64,000 nucleotides of DNA, taken from contig NW_026262745.1 of assembly GCF_021869535.1 (NCBI RefSeq), positions 47,306,001-47,370,000 of the forward strand, written 5' to 3'. Below are positions 23,626 through 36,911 of this stretch, piece after piece. A program made the position numbers and the translations under genes. The DNA comes from Mytilus californianus. Taxonomy: Eukaryota. The notes under the pieces are model-generated. The model saw only the letters and a program-made list of their open reading frames with translations. It was not told the origin of the DNA and searched no databases. How positions within the stretch are numbered: the stretch's first letter is position 1; every line of letters starts with the position of its first letter.

Positions 23626-25902
23626 TGCATGATTTGTTTATTAGTTATTATTGGCTTTGAACTAGCTTTCAGTAACTGCGAGTACCCTCAGATCTGTAAT
23701 TAGTGTCTTTTTGTTGTGGGGATGTATAAGTACCCTGCCACGTCCACTCTGTGTTTTTGTTAAATGTATTTCTGCTTTGTATCATTCTGATGAGTTAAGC
23801 TAGTTTCAACTAATTCTTATAGTTTGTTCTTATGTTGTACTGTTACACCACTGTCCCAGGTTAAGGAGAGGGTTGGCGCCTTCAAACTAGTTTAATCAGG
23901 CCGTTGGTTTTTTCGTTTGAATTGTTTTACATTTGTCATTTCAGGGCATTTTATAGCTGATTATGCGGTATGGGTTTACTCATTGATGAAGGCCGTACGG
24001 TGACCTATAGTTGTTAATTTCTGTATCATTTGGTCTCTTGTGGAGAGGTGTCTCATTGACAATCATACCACATCTTCTTATTTTTATATAGCAATCTAAA
24101 CCACAATTAAGTCAAAGAATTGCATTATTGAGTGCAAGCAAGAAAGTCCCCTAGATACAACACATATAATAACACTTTTGAAAACCTTTACATATGCATT
24201 GCTGTTATGTACAATTAACCTTTTTCTTGCCCTGAAAGAAACAACAAACTAGTATTAATACCGCACTATATACATTGGAATAACTTTTGAATACATGTCG
24301 TTTGTAAGGGCTATTTACATTTTCGTATTTTTCCTCTGAAAAATCTCAGAAAACCCAATCTGCAACAGTCAAATAAACAATTGACGTCTTGAAGTATAAA
24401 CTAGATACAATACTATTATAATTTCTGAAGTGTAATTATGTGTACAATTTATATTTATCAGAACTTCTTCTTCTTAACTGTACTATAAAGTGCCAACATT
24501 GTGCTTAAATTTTATTTCTTTTTTAATCGATACAAGAATATTCATGTTTTATTGCAGATATCAAATGTTAAATATTCTGGTTTGTGTTTTGATATTATTA
24601 AAAAATTATTAAGTGCAATCGATAGAAGAATATTCATGTTTAAAATAACCTGATTCAGATATAAATGCTTTTGATTTTTGAGAACCCATTAACATGTCTA
24701 GCAAGATTTGAATGAATGAACTAATTCTTTATTTGCAAACCAGTAGTTACATGCTATAGCAACACAAACATAATTATTTACGCAAGATTTACGATCCTTA
24801 GAAAAAAGAACTCAATGCATGCATTAATATAAACTGTTTTCGCCTTTGTATAGGTTCTAAGTTTCAAGTTTGATTTAACTTCAAGATCCCGTCCACAAAG
24901 GCCCCTGGAGTATGTGAACAGTCAATATTCGCTTTTTTTCAATTATTTTTACTTCAGAATACTTTTGTTTACTTTGCTCATGTTAGATATGCACAAATTT
25001 ACAACTTTAGTGTGATTATAAGTTAGTTTAATTTACAAACAAGCAAGGAGTGAAAACACCATAATGTTTACATACCTCCATTTCGCTTTAATTTTCTCTA
25101 TTAGTGGTCTAAAAATAGAATGATAAAATAATTATAGAATAGATCTTAACACTTCTATGAACAAAAAGAGAAGAAATAACTAAATCTGAAAAATTTATTG
25201 AAAATAAAATTTTATAATCAACAAGACTAATAGTATCCGCTGGATATGTTTATTACTGTAGAATAATACTATTATTGTTAATGATTATGTACAAACATGC
25301 GATTGGTTTACGTATAAGATAACGTCAGATTTATTCAATAATTCTAATATGACGACCTATTATCGACAACCAGTATAATCACAATATATCTACCTTTAGC
25401 GCAAACGCAGTAATACACATAAACGGCTGTTCCGCGTTACGACCAACTTATTTATACTGCCAGATATTCTCAATTTTCGACATCAAAATCCCCAGTTTAC
25501 GAAGGCCAAGCTTCAGATACAATATATTTATCTCTATTCTACAGCAAAATAAACAAATCAGTCCATTTCAATTTATTTTTCATGGTAAAATTTCGCGAAA
25601 TGATGTTATTGTCTTGACATGGCAACAAAACAAGGTGACGTCACAAATATGTTTCCGTAAACAAAAAATCAAATGTAAATACCGGGCATTTTAAAGCTTC
25701 TTGTACGCCTCAGAAAGAATAAAATTACATTGGAAGAAAATTTATAAGTGAAAAATGCGATTAAAAAAAAATAATCATTGAATTATATAATATTACTAAT
25801 ATTATCAAAATTGGGCAAAACGGAACAGCCAAAACAGTATCGTACATGTATGTATAGGGCTTTCACGGTTAACAAAATTACCGAATTTATCCTATTAGAT
25901 TC

Positions 25903-26063
25903 GAAATAATTCATGGCAGCCGTAGATTTGATTTCTTTAACCATGGGTTGGGCATTTATATTCGTATTTTACCCCTCGCTAACGCTCAGGGTAAAATAAT
26001 CGAATATAAATGCCCAACCCATGGTTAAATGAAAACAAATCTACGGCTGCCATGAATTATTTC
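25903..26063. mobile_element. Palindromic MITE
   Basis: ~72-bp arms GAAATAATTCATGGCAGCCGTAGATTTG...CAAATCTACGGCTGCCATGAATTATTTC. Confidence 0.75.
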
Positions 26064-28483
26064 TTAATTATATGTTATACAAAATCTTGTAGGTCTCATG
26101 TATCTTTGTAGGTAATTTTTTTTTTTTTAGCTTTTGATTAATGATGTTTTCAAACATACAGATACGAACTATCCGTGTTTTTAAAACTCTTTGAACGATG
26201 ACTTAAGCCATAAAAACGTAAAAAAAAAGTATGCTTGAACAGAAAATGACGTTGCTACCGTAAAATGTTATTTTTCACGACGTCAAACTGTGACATGTCG
26301 GGAAAAGATGCATTTTAGACAGATTTTTTTCATTCAAACTTATTTAACTTAAAAACGATATCATGAACCCCACTTTTTGAAAATGACATTTGGCTTGATT
26401 ATGCATGAAGATTATTTGTGCTAATATATTTGAAAAATTACCGATGATATGTTTTTTAAATTAGATAAATATACAGCAAAAAATACGGTTATTTGACTAA
26501 AATCATGACAATGTGACAAAAATGAATAATTTCCAAGGAACTGTTACATAAAATCAAAGCACACGTATGTAGAGAAGATACTCCAGATGCTTTTACAAAA
26601 TTCCGCTTGCAGTTATCTTTTGAAACGAAAAAGTTAAGTATGTCTTTTCAAAGGGTAGAAATGTCCAAGAAACCGAAATTTCCAGTAAATGTCTGAAATT
26701 TCTACCCCGTTTATTTCTAAAAGTAGCACATGAAGGTAAATTTTTTTATTACATATTTGAATCGACTAGGTGCAAAATAGCTTGCATGCAAACTTTCGTC
26801 AAAAATTCACCCTGGGATCAAAACTGTATCGTATAATCGATTCCTCTTGACTCTCTCTCCGACTGTTAGGCTCGTGCTTTTGGCTGTTCCGGATGAATAT
26901 GTTAACACGTCTTATCGGAATGAATAATTCAATATGCTTTGCAAATTTTAGGGGCGGAAAGGGGGGGGGGGGGGGGGCACGCCCGTTACGCCCCCGCCTG
27001 AATCCGCCCCTGGCGGCATATAGTCATTGATAGTAGTTATGCAGTAGTAGTAGTATCAGATACATGTATACCATGACATATTTTCTACGAGATGTTAAGT
27101 AAACAATAACTACTTTGTTCAATTTGAAACTTTTGAGAAAAATAATTTCAACCAATTTCATAACGCTAGACATAATAGAAGTTAAATAATTTTATGTAGA
27201 TCGTTTTTATTATTTGTTTAAAGCTTTAAGCCTTGCTAGGTGACGAAACCAAAAAAACTTACCTCAAACAACAACATGGAATAATGATAACTGAAAATAT
27301 CAACAAACTTTATGAAAATAAACACATACAAAACTCTGCGTGTGTGTGTTTATGTAATATCTTATGACCTTTTTTATCTATCGCTTATGAAATTAGATGT
27401 TTTAAAGAGAAAGGAGTATGTTCGATTATAAAGTGCAATGTTACAAGATAAAAAATGTTTTAAATTGACTTAAAGACATTTGAGAAAGTCAAATAGACCT
27501 ATTTGTGTCAAAGTTTTATTGCGTCGACAAACTAAATATTCAAGTTAAAACATGTGAAATGTCATTACAAACATCATTTTAAAAAATCTTTTTATTCGAC
27601 GTATGCGCTCTATGTTTCCTGACCAATAATCAATGGAAATTAACACATTTTCATTGATTTTTCCGTGAAAAATCAAAATGAGTACTAATTGTGACGTCAC
27701 GAATAAAACGCATGTACGTAAATTTTCAACAAAAAGGCTTATTTCCTATCTAGTCACTGTATTAGCTATGATTCATTGTGATATTGGTCAATAAATCCTA
27801 CTTTGAAATTTAAGCTAAAAAACGTGGCCATTTCAGGGCTTTATAGAACATACTCCTTTAATAGCATCTGTGAAATGCATTTGCAATTTTTTCTTGGCAC
27901 CGGACAGTTTAAAGCTCAATAAAACCGCACATGTATGTTACTCTTAATATGTAATTTTTTTCTGTCATTAGAATTTGTTGATAGTACATAGTCGTAAACC
28001 ACCACACATCCCATTCATACGGTAACGAAAACTGTATTTTACGTTAAACTTTCTTCATATTTTTATATATTCATTCCAACTTTTTCGCATACACAACCAA
28101 TTTTGTAACACAATATGAACAGAAACAAACATAAATTTTGAACATTATTTGAATACAAAATGAAACCAAATAGAATTAATACATACACAGAAACATCGTC
28201 TAAGGTAGTTATTACACTGTAGCATTGAATTAATTTAAAGTTAAAGGAAGTTATATATAACGTCTACTTCCTTAATTTATCACTTCCTTATTCAACAAAT
28301 CAATAGACCTTTTCAATAAGTTTAGAGGTGAAATAGATGGGTCGTATCAAAAATAAAAAAAATAATTCAAGAATGACTCCGTATTCCAAAAAAAAACTAT
28401 TAAAATGTGAATACTAAGTATTCCCTTAATCTGGATAATTTTATGATCGAACAGAAGGTTCTATGTTTTAATACGAAATAGAA

Positions 28484-28723
28484 TTGATTCATTGGTGTTT
28501 AACGTCACTTTCAGCACTACATTGTTTTATTTGGCGGTAAGTTTTTATTGGTGGAGAAAGCCGGAGTCCCCTGAGAGAACCACCGACCATCGGTAGGAAA
28601 TCCTAGTCAATTACAATTGGAGTCGGGCGCACCTGCCACGTACATGATTCGAACTTTCAACCTAGGTGTTGACAGGGTAGTGATACAGTAGTCCGACTAC
28701 TTAGACCACTCGGTTACCGAGGC
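28484..28723 (-). mobile_element. tRNA-derived SINE with a V-domain-like core
   Basis: Minus-strand head GCCTCGGTAACCGAGTGGTCTAAG (A-box-like) and AGTTCGAATC (B-box-like); core GGTTCTCTCAGGGGACTCCGGCTTTCTCCACC. Duplicate at 36527-36766, fragment at ~61234-61349. Confidence 0.6.
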
Positions 28724-29049
28724 TACGTGCCAAAAAGTAAATGGTAATTTTGATAGAGACAGCACAAGATTCCTTGCACATAATGAGTTGCCTTCCCAGT
28801 TTTTTGCTTATGAAACACTTCATTATTTTACCGTATTCGACACATATTTTGGGATCACCTCCAATGTTAAACCTTTCTAAAATTGTCCGTTTATAAATGT
28901 TGAAATTATAAAGAAACTAAGGTTTCAACTCCCTCAGGCAAAGTTGACCTTAGATGAATTTGGCTATTTGTTTTATGTATTTTTGTCATAAAGCTCTTCA
29001 ACTGTTTCGGTACTTATACATCCCTCGGATTTCAAATGATTGGCTTTGA

Positions 29050-29091
29050 GCGTTCCTGATGAAGGTAAATCCAGAAAAGCGCTTCGGACGC
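29050..29091 (+). ncRNA. Type I hammerhead ribozyme (family A), unit 1
   Basis: GCGTTC-CTGATGA-AGG(taaat)CCA-GAAA-AGCGCT-TC/GGACGC; stem I 6 bp; palindromic stem III AAGCGCTT; predicted cut after 29085. Confidence 0.8.
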
Positions 29092-29402
29092 ATGAAATTA
29101 TTTAACGTGTTGTTTTCAATTTTTTACATCACTGGGTCGATACCTCTGCTGGTGGACTATCAGTCCCCGAGGGTATCATCAGCTCAGTAGTCAGTACTTC
29201 GGTACTGACATGATTTATAACAAACCTTTCTAAAATTGTCCGTTTAAAAATTATGAAATTATAAAGAAACTGAGGTTTCAACTCCCTCAGGCAAAGTTGA
29301 CCCTAGATGAATTTGGCTATTTGTTTTATGTATTTTTGTCATATAGCTCTTCAACTGTTTCGGTACTTATACATCCCTCGGATTTCAAATGTTTGGCTTT
29401 GA

Positions 29403-29444
29403 GCGTTCCTGATGAAGGTAAATCCAGAAAAGCGCTTCGGACGC
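29403..29444 (+). ncRNA. Type I hammerhead ribozyme (family A), unit 2
   Basis: Identical motif 353 nt downstream; predicted cut after 29438. Confidence 0.8.
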
Positions 29445-29755
29445 ATGAAATTATTTAACGTGTTGTTTTCAATTTTTTACATCACTGGGTCGATACCTCT
29501 GCTGGTGGACTTTCAGTCACCGAGGGTATCATCAGCTCAGTAGTCAGTACTTCGGTACTGACATGATTTATAACAAACCTTTCTAAAATTGTCCGTTTAT
29601 GAATTTTGAAATTATAAAGAAACTAAGGTTTCAACTCCCTCAGGCAAAGTTGACCTTAGATGAATTTGGCAATTTGTTTTATGTATTTTTGTCATATAGC
29701 TCTTCAACAGTTTCGGTACTTATACATCCCTCGGATTTCAAATGATTGGCTTTGA

Positions 29756-29797
29756 GCGTTCCTGATGAAGGTAAATCCAGAAAAGCGCTTCGGACGC
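29756..29797 (+). ncRNA. Type I hammerhead ribozyme (family A), unit 3
   Basis: Identical motif a further 353 nt downstream; predicted cut after 29791. Confidence 0.8.
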
Positions 29798-30545
29798 AAT
29801 GGCATGTTATTATTTAACGTGTTGTTTTCAATTTTTAATATGAGATGAAATTAATACTATACAAATGTGGTTTCAGGAACAATCTAACAAATAAGACGAA
29901 GACATGTTTCAACTCTAATGTTTACATAAGAGATCCTAACTTTCAATGATCTTTGCATGTTGTTCTATTAAATATAAAATAACAGTTTTAAAAGAGATAA
30001 CTGAAGAATATGACAGTATTTATTTTACATAATTATTATATTAACTTACACATAAATCATATGACATATTTATTTAATAACACAATCAATAAGTGAATTA
30101 GTACCCCATACATCATACAGCAAACGTTTTCATCAGTAATAGTAAAAGAGTTTTTGATATTTACTGAAATCACATAGAAAAGAAAAAATAAGATCCAAAT
30201 ACGTTATTCGATGCCATTTGACCACGGGAGATTTGATTACATATTTGGAATACCTGCCTTCACATTCAGACTAATGCTTGTACTTAATCTGACTTACACG
30301 CTGCCTATAAATACAGTGTTGTTTTGTTGTTTTTATTTTATTTCTAACAGCTATAACGAAACTGGTAGATACAATTGATAACCTTATGCATTCAATTCCA
30401 TCAGTTTTGGCAATGTATATATCCAGTACAATGTATATGAAACGAAAGGAAAAATTTGAAACTCTGCACAACATATGCAAAACGTGTACAGATTGGAAAG
30501 GAAACTAATCTTTTACGGAGATTTGTATTGATACATGTGTAGTGG

Positions 30546-31588
30546 TTACATTTAATGTGTTGTCATATTTGCAACCATACTTCCACACAATCTTATCAAA
30601 CAAAAGTTTTTCTATTTAATTAAATTGTCGTTTGGTAAATCTCCATGCAAATATATTTGCTGCAACGCATTTAAGGCCTTCTCTAATGAAAAAGGTAAAT
30701 ATGCTAGATATACTAACTGGAGGTGTGCCGAGATGATTGAAGCTGTTAATTTTCTCCTTGATAATATTTGTGATCGTTTCGGCAATAAAGTTTATCGACA
30801 GGTTGTATGCATTCCTATGGGCACCAATTGCGCCCCTTTAATAGCAGACTTGTTCTTGTACTGTTATGAATCACAGTTTATGACCAAACTTAGCAAAGAA
30901 AAATTGCATTTAATTGATAAATTCGACAACACTTACCGTTATCTTGATGATATTTTTTCGTTAAATAATCAAGAATTTTCTAAATATACTGCCGAAATTT
31001 ACCCAAAGGAACTGACTTTGAATAAATCAAACATAAACGGTAATAACTGAGCTTTCCTAGATTTAGATATTTCTGTTGTACACGGGAAACTCTACACTAA
31101 CATTTACGACAAAAGGAACGATTTTTCGTTCCCTATTGTTAATTTTTCATTTTTGGACGGTGATGTTCCTGTGGCACCATCTTACGGTGTTTATATATCA
31201 CAACTCGTTCGCTATGCCCGTGTCTGCTGTGGTTTTGGATTTCAATGAACGCAATCTACGTACTACTGGTAAATAATTAAGTCAGGGATTTTGTTAACAC
31301 AAATTATTTAAACCCTTTACTAAATTCTTCTATAGATATAAAGATTTGGTTTGGAAGTTTGGTTGTACCTGTAGAAAACTTATTTAAAACGGGATAGCAC
31401 ATCCAAATTTTTACGGAGATGTTATTTACCGAGCCCGGCCATTCGGATACGATACGGGTAAACTTATCGATCCTTTAAATAAACTTATTCTAAAAGGTTA
31501 CCAATTCAACTCTATAATTAGATCTTTGAATATTATCTTTATTGGTATTAATATTGATTTTGTTGTCAGTAAATTGAAATCAAACTAA
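30546..31588 (+). pseudogene. Duplicate Naiad-type PLE RT with the same in-frame TGA (31048-31050)
   Basis: Same motifs as 22420-23464. Has TGG where copy 1 has TAA (DLVW), but carries its own frameshift near 31230. Confidence 0.85.
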
Positions 31589-31674
31589 ACATTATATTTA
31601 TATATATATATGCACATCTATTGCTCTACAAACTGTCGTTACCTTTATCTTGGCATTGTACACGGTCATGTTTT

Positions 31675-31751
31675 TCTGTGACTGTTAATGACATCTTTAC
31701 ACTAAATCCATTGGATGTTGGATGTGTACTGATTGAAAATTTAGTCTTAGA
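31675..31751 (+). promoter_or_regulatory. SECIS element, duplicate copy
   Basis: Sequence identical to 23549-23625; ATGA at 31688. Confidence 0.75.
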
Positions 31752-34700
31752 TGCATGATTTTTTTATTAGTTATTATTGGCTTTGAACTAGCTTTCAGTA
31801 ACTGCGAGTACTCTCAGATCTGTAATTAGTGTCTTTTTGTTGTGGGAATGTATAAGTACCCTGCCACGTCCACTCTGTGTTTTTGTTAAATGTATTTCTG
31901 CTTTGTATCATTCTGATGAGTTAAGCTAGTTTCAACTAATTCTTATAGTTTGTTCTTATGTTGTACTGTTACACCACTGTCCCAGGTTAAGGAGAGGGTT
32001 GGCGCCTTCAAACTAGTTTAATCAGGCCGTTGGTTTTTTCGTTTGAATTGTTTTACATTTTTCATTTCAGGGCATTTTATAGCTGATTATGCGGTATGGG
32101 TTTACTCATTGATGAAGGCCGAACGGTGACCTATAGTTGTTAATTTCTGTATCATTTGGTCTCTTGTGGAGAGGTGTCTCATTGACAATCATACCACATC
32201 TTCTTATTTTTATATAGCAATCTAAACCACAATTAAGTCAAAGAATTGCATTATTGAGTGCAAGCAAGAAAGTCCCCTAGATACAACACATATAATAACA
32301 CTTTTGAAAACCTTTACATATTCATTGCTGTTACGAGAGCTATGTACAATTTACCCTTTTCTTGCCCTGAAAGAAACAACAAACTAGTATTAGTACCGCA
32401 TTATATACATTGGAATAACTTTTGAATACATTTCGTTTGTAAGAGCTATTAACATTTTCGTATTTTTCCTTTTGAAAAATCCCAGAAAACCCAATCTGCA
32501 ACAGTCAAATAAACAATTGACGTCTTCAAGTATAAACTAGATACAATACTATTATAATTTCTGAAGTGTAATTATGTGTACAATTTATATTTATCAGAAT
32601 TTCTTCTCTTTAACTGTACAATAAAGTGCCAACATTGTGCTTAAATTTTATTTCTTTTTTAATCGATACAAGAATATTCATGTTTTATTGCAGATATCAA
32701 ATGTTAAATATTCTGGTTTGTGTTTTGATATTATTAAAAAATTATTAAGTGCAATCGATAGAAGAAAATTCATGTTTAAAATAACCTGATTCAGATATAA
32801 ATGCTTTTGATTTTTGAGAACCCAACATGTCTAGCAAGATTTGAATGAATGAACTAATTCTTTATTTGCAAACCAGTAGTTACATGCTATAGCAACACAA
32901 ACATAATTATTTACGCAAGATTTACGATCCTTAGAAAAAAGAACTCAATGCATGCATTAATATAAACTGTTTTCGCCTTTGTATAGGTTCTAAGTTTCAA
33001 GTTTGATTTAACTTCAAGATCCCGTCCACAAAGGCCCCTGGAGTATGTGAACAGTCAATATTCGCTTTTTTTCAATTATTTTTACTTCAGAATACTTTTG
33101 TTTACTTTGCTCATTTTAGATATGAACGAACTGTTTACAACTTTAGTGTGATTATAAGTTAGTTTAATTTACAAACAAGCAAGGAGTGAAAACACCATAA
33201 TGTTTACATACCTCCATTTCGCTTTAATTTTCTCTATTAGTGGTCTAAAAATAGAATGATAAAATAATTATAGAATAGATCTTAACACTTCTATGAACAA
33301 AAAGAGAAGAAATAACTAAATCTGAAAAATTTATTGAAAATAAAATTTTATAATCAACAAGACTAATGGTATCCGCTGGATATGTTTATTACTGTAGAAT
33401 AATACTATTATTGTTAATGATTATGTACAAACATGCGATTGGTTTACATATAAGATAACGTCAGATTTATTCAATAATTCTAATATGACGACCTATTATC
33501 GACAACCAGTATAATCACAATATATCTACCTTTAGCGCAAACGCAGTAATACACATAAACGGCTGTTCCGCGTTACGACCAACTTATTTATACTGCCAGA
33601 TATTCTCAATTTTCGACATCAAAATCCCCAGTTTACAAAGGCCAAGCTTCAGATACAATATATTTATCTCTATTCTACAGCAAAATAAACAAATCAGTCC
33701 ATTTCAATTTATTTTGCATGGTAAAATTTCATTAAACGAAAATTCCGCGAAATGATGTTATTGTCTTGACATGGCAACGAAACAAGGTGACGTCACAAAT
33801 ATGTTTCCGTAAACAAAAAATCAAATGTAAATATCGGGCGTTTTAAAGCTTCTTGTACGCCTCAGAAAGAATAAAATTACATTGGAAGAAAATTTATAAG
33901 TGAAAAATGCGATTAAAAAAAAATAATCATTGAATTATATAATATTACTAATATTATCAAAACTGGGCAAAACGGAACAGCCAAAACAGTATCGTATGTA
34001 TAGGGCTTTCACGGTTAACAAAATTACCGAATTTTTTCTATTAGCTAACGCTCAGGGTAAAATAATCGAATATAAATGCCCAACCCATGGTTAAATGAAA
34101 ACAAATCTACGGCTGCCATGAATTATTTCTTAATCATGTTAATTATACGTTATACAAAATCTTGTAGGTCTCATGTTTCTTTGTAGGTAATTTAATTTTT
34201 TTTTTCGTTTTTGATTAATGATGTTTTCAAACATACAGATACGAACTATCCGTGTTTTTAAAACTCTTTGAACGATGACTTAAGCCAGGAAAACATAAAA
34301 AAAAAGTATGCATGAACAGAAAATGACGTTGCTACCGTAAAATGTTATTTTTCACGACGTCAAACTGTGACATGTGGGGAAAAGATGCATTTTGGACAGA
34401 TTTTTTTCATTCAAACTTATTTAACTTAAAAACGATATCATGAACCCCTCTTTTTGAAAATGACATTTGGCTTGATTATGCATGAAGATTATTTGTGCCA
34501 ATTTTTTTGAAAAATTACCGATGATATGTTTTTTAAATTAAATAAATATACAGCAAAAAATACGGTTATTTGACTAAAATCATGAAAATGTGACAAAAAT
34601 GAATAATTTCCAAGGAACTGTTACATAAATTCAAAGCCCACTTATGTAGAGAAGATACTCCAGATGCTTTTACAAAATTCCGCTTGCGGTTATCTTTTGA

Positions 34701-36526
34701 AACGAAAAAGTTAAGTATGTCTTTCCAAAGGATAGAAATGTCCAAGAAACCGAAATTTCCAGTAAATGTCTGAAATTTCTACCCCGTTTATTTCTAAAAG
34801 TAGCACCTGAAGGTATATTTTTTATTACATATTTGAATCGACTAGGTGCAAAATAGCTTGCATGCAAACTTTCGTCAAAAATTCACCCTTGGATCAAAAC
34901 TGTATCGTATGCCCTTAAAATCGATTCCTCTTGACTCTCTCTCCGACTGTTAGGCTCGTGCTTTTGGCTGTTCCGGATGAATAATAACACGTCTTATCGG
35001 AATGAACAATTCAATATGATAGTATTTCGCTCTAACATGTACAAGAACACAAAAGAAACTCGAAAAAAAAAATATTTGAGGAATCTATAGTGTCTATAGC
35101 GCACGCCCGCCACGCCCCCGCCTGAATCCGCCCCTGGCAGCATATAGTCATTGATAGTAGTTATGCAGTAGTAGTAGTATCAGATACATGTATACCATGA
35201 CATATTTTCAACGAGATGTTAAGTAAACAATAACTACTTTGTTAAATTTGAAACTTTTGAGAAAAATAATTTAAACCAATTTCATAACGCTAGACATAAT
35301 AGAAGTTACATAATTTTATGTAGATCGTTTTTATTATTTGTTTAAAGCTTAAAGCCTTGCTAGGTGACGAAACCAAAAATACTTACCTCAAACAACAACA
35401 TGGAATAATGATAACTGAAAATATCAACAAACTTTATGAAAATAAACACATACAAAACTCTGCGTTTGTGTGTGTTTATGTAATATCTTATGACCTTTTT
35501 TATCTATCGCTTAGGGAATTAGATGTTTTGAAGAGAAAGGAGTATGTTCGATTATAAAGTTCAATGTTACAAGATAAAAAATGTTTTAAATTTACTTAAA
35601 GACATTTGAGAAAGTCAAATAGACCTATTTGTGTCAATGTTTTATTCTAAAGCATTGATTTTTACATACCAAATAGGTCAAGATAAGAGATTTTGGCGAC
35701 ATTTGACAAAATCAGCCGGATTTCAACCTACTATTTGTGACGTCACGAATAAAACGCAGGTACGTAAATTTTCAACAAAAAGGCTTATTTCCTATCTAGT
35801 CACTGTATTAGCTATGATTCATTGTGATATTGGTCAATAAATCCTACTTTGAAATTTAAGCTAAAAACCGTGGCCATTTCAGGGCTTTATAGAACAAACT
35901 CCTTTGATAGCTTCTGTGAAATGCATTTGCCATTTTTTCTTGGCACCGGACAGTTTAAAGCTCAATAAAACCGCACATGTATGTTACTCTTTAGATGTAA
36001 TTTTTTTCTGTCATTAGAATTTGTTGATAATACATAGTCGTAAACCACCACACATCCCATTCATACGGTAACGAAAACTGTATTTTACGTTAAACTTTCT
36101 TCTTATTTTTATATATTCATTCCAACTTTTTCGCATACACAACCAATTTTGTAACACAATATGAACAGAAACGAACATAAATTTTGAACCTTATTTGAAT
36201 ACAAAATGAAACCAAATAGAATTAATACATACACAGAAACATCGTCTAAGGAAGTTATTACACTGTAGCATTGAATTAATTTAAAGTTAAAGGAAGTTAT
36301 ATATAACGTCTACTTCCTTAATTTATCACTTCCTTTTTCAACAAATCAATAGACCTTTTCAATAAGTTTAGAGGTGAAATAGATGGGTCGTATCAAAAAT
36401 TAAAAAAAATTCAAGAATGACTCCGTATTCCAAAAAAAACTATTAAAATGTAAATACTAAGTATTCCCTTCATCTGGATAGTTTTATGATCGAACAGAAG
36501 GTTCTATGTTTTAATACGAAATAGAA

Positions 36527-36766
36527 TTGATTCATTGGTGTTTAACGCCACTTTCAGCACTACATTGTTTTATTTGGCGATAAGGTTTTATTGGTGGAGG
36601 AAGCCGGAGTGCCCTGAGAGAACCACCGACCATCGGTAGGAAATCCTAGTCAATTATAATTGGAGTCGGGCGCACCTGCCTCGTACATGATTCGAACTTT
36701 CAACCTAGGTGTTGACAGGGTAGTGATACAGTAGTCCGACTATTTAGACCACTCAGTTACCGAGGC
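36527..36766 (-). mobile_element. Duplicate tRNA-derived SINE
   Basis: Paralog of 28484-28723 within the segmental duplication. Confidence 0.6.
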
Positions 36767-36911
36767 TACGTGCCAAAAAGTAAATGGTAATTTTGATAGA
36801 GACAGCACAAGATTCCTTGCACATAATGAGTTGCCTTCCCAGTTTTTTGCTTATGAAACACTTCATTATTTTACCGTATTGGACACATATTTTGGGATCA
36901 CCTCTAATGTT

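Larger units (their letters stand above)
28869..29836 (+). mobile_element. Tandem array of 353-nt hammerhead-containing units (non-LTR retrozyme-like), ~2.7 copies
   Basis: AAACCTTTCTAAAATTGTCC at 28869, 29222 and 29575; each unit carries one HHR motif. Confidence 0.85.
22022..30148. repeat. Tandem segmental duplication, copy 1 (~8.1 kb)
   Basis: GAGTTTTTGATATTTACTG starts at 22022 and again at 30148; ORF-track peptides repeat at offset 8126; colinear to CAGTAATAGTAAAAG. Confidence 0.92.

Noticed and set aside
23786-23815. CTGATGAG in the PLE 3' region as a hammerhead
   Set aside because: There is no downstream GAAA box or stem II. This fits the report that Naiads lack canonical hammerheads.
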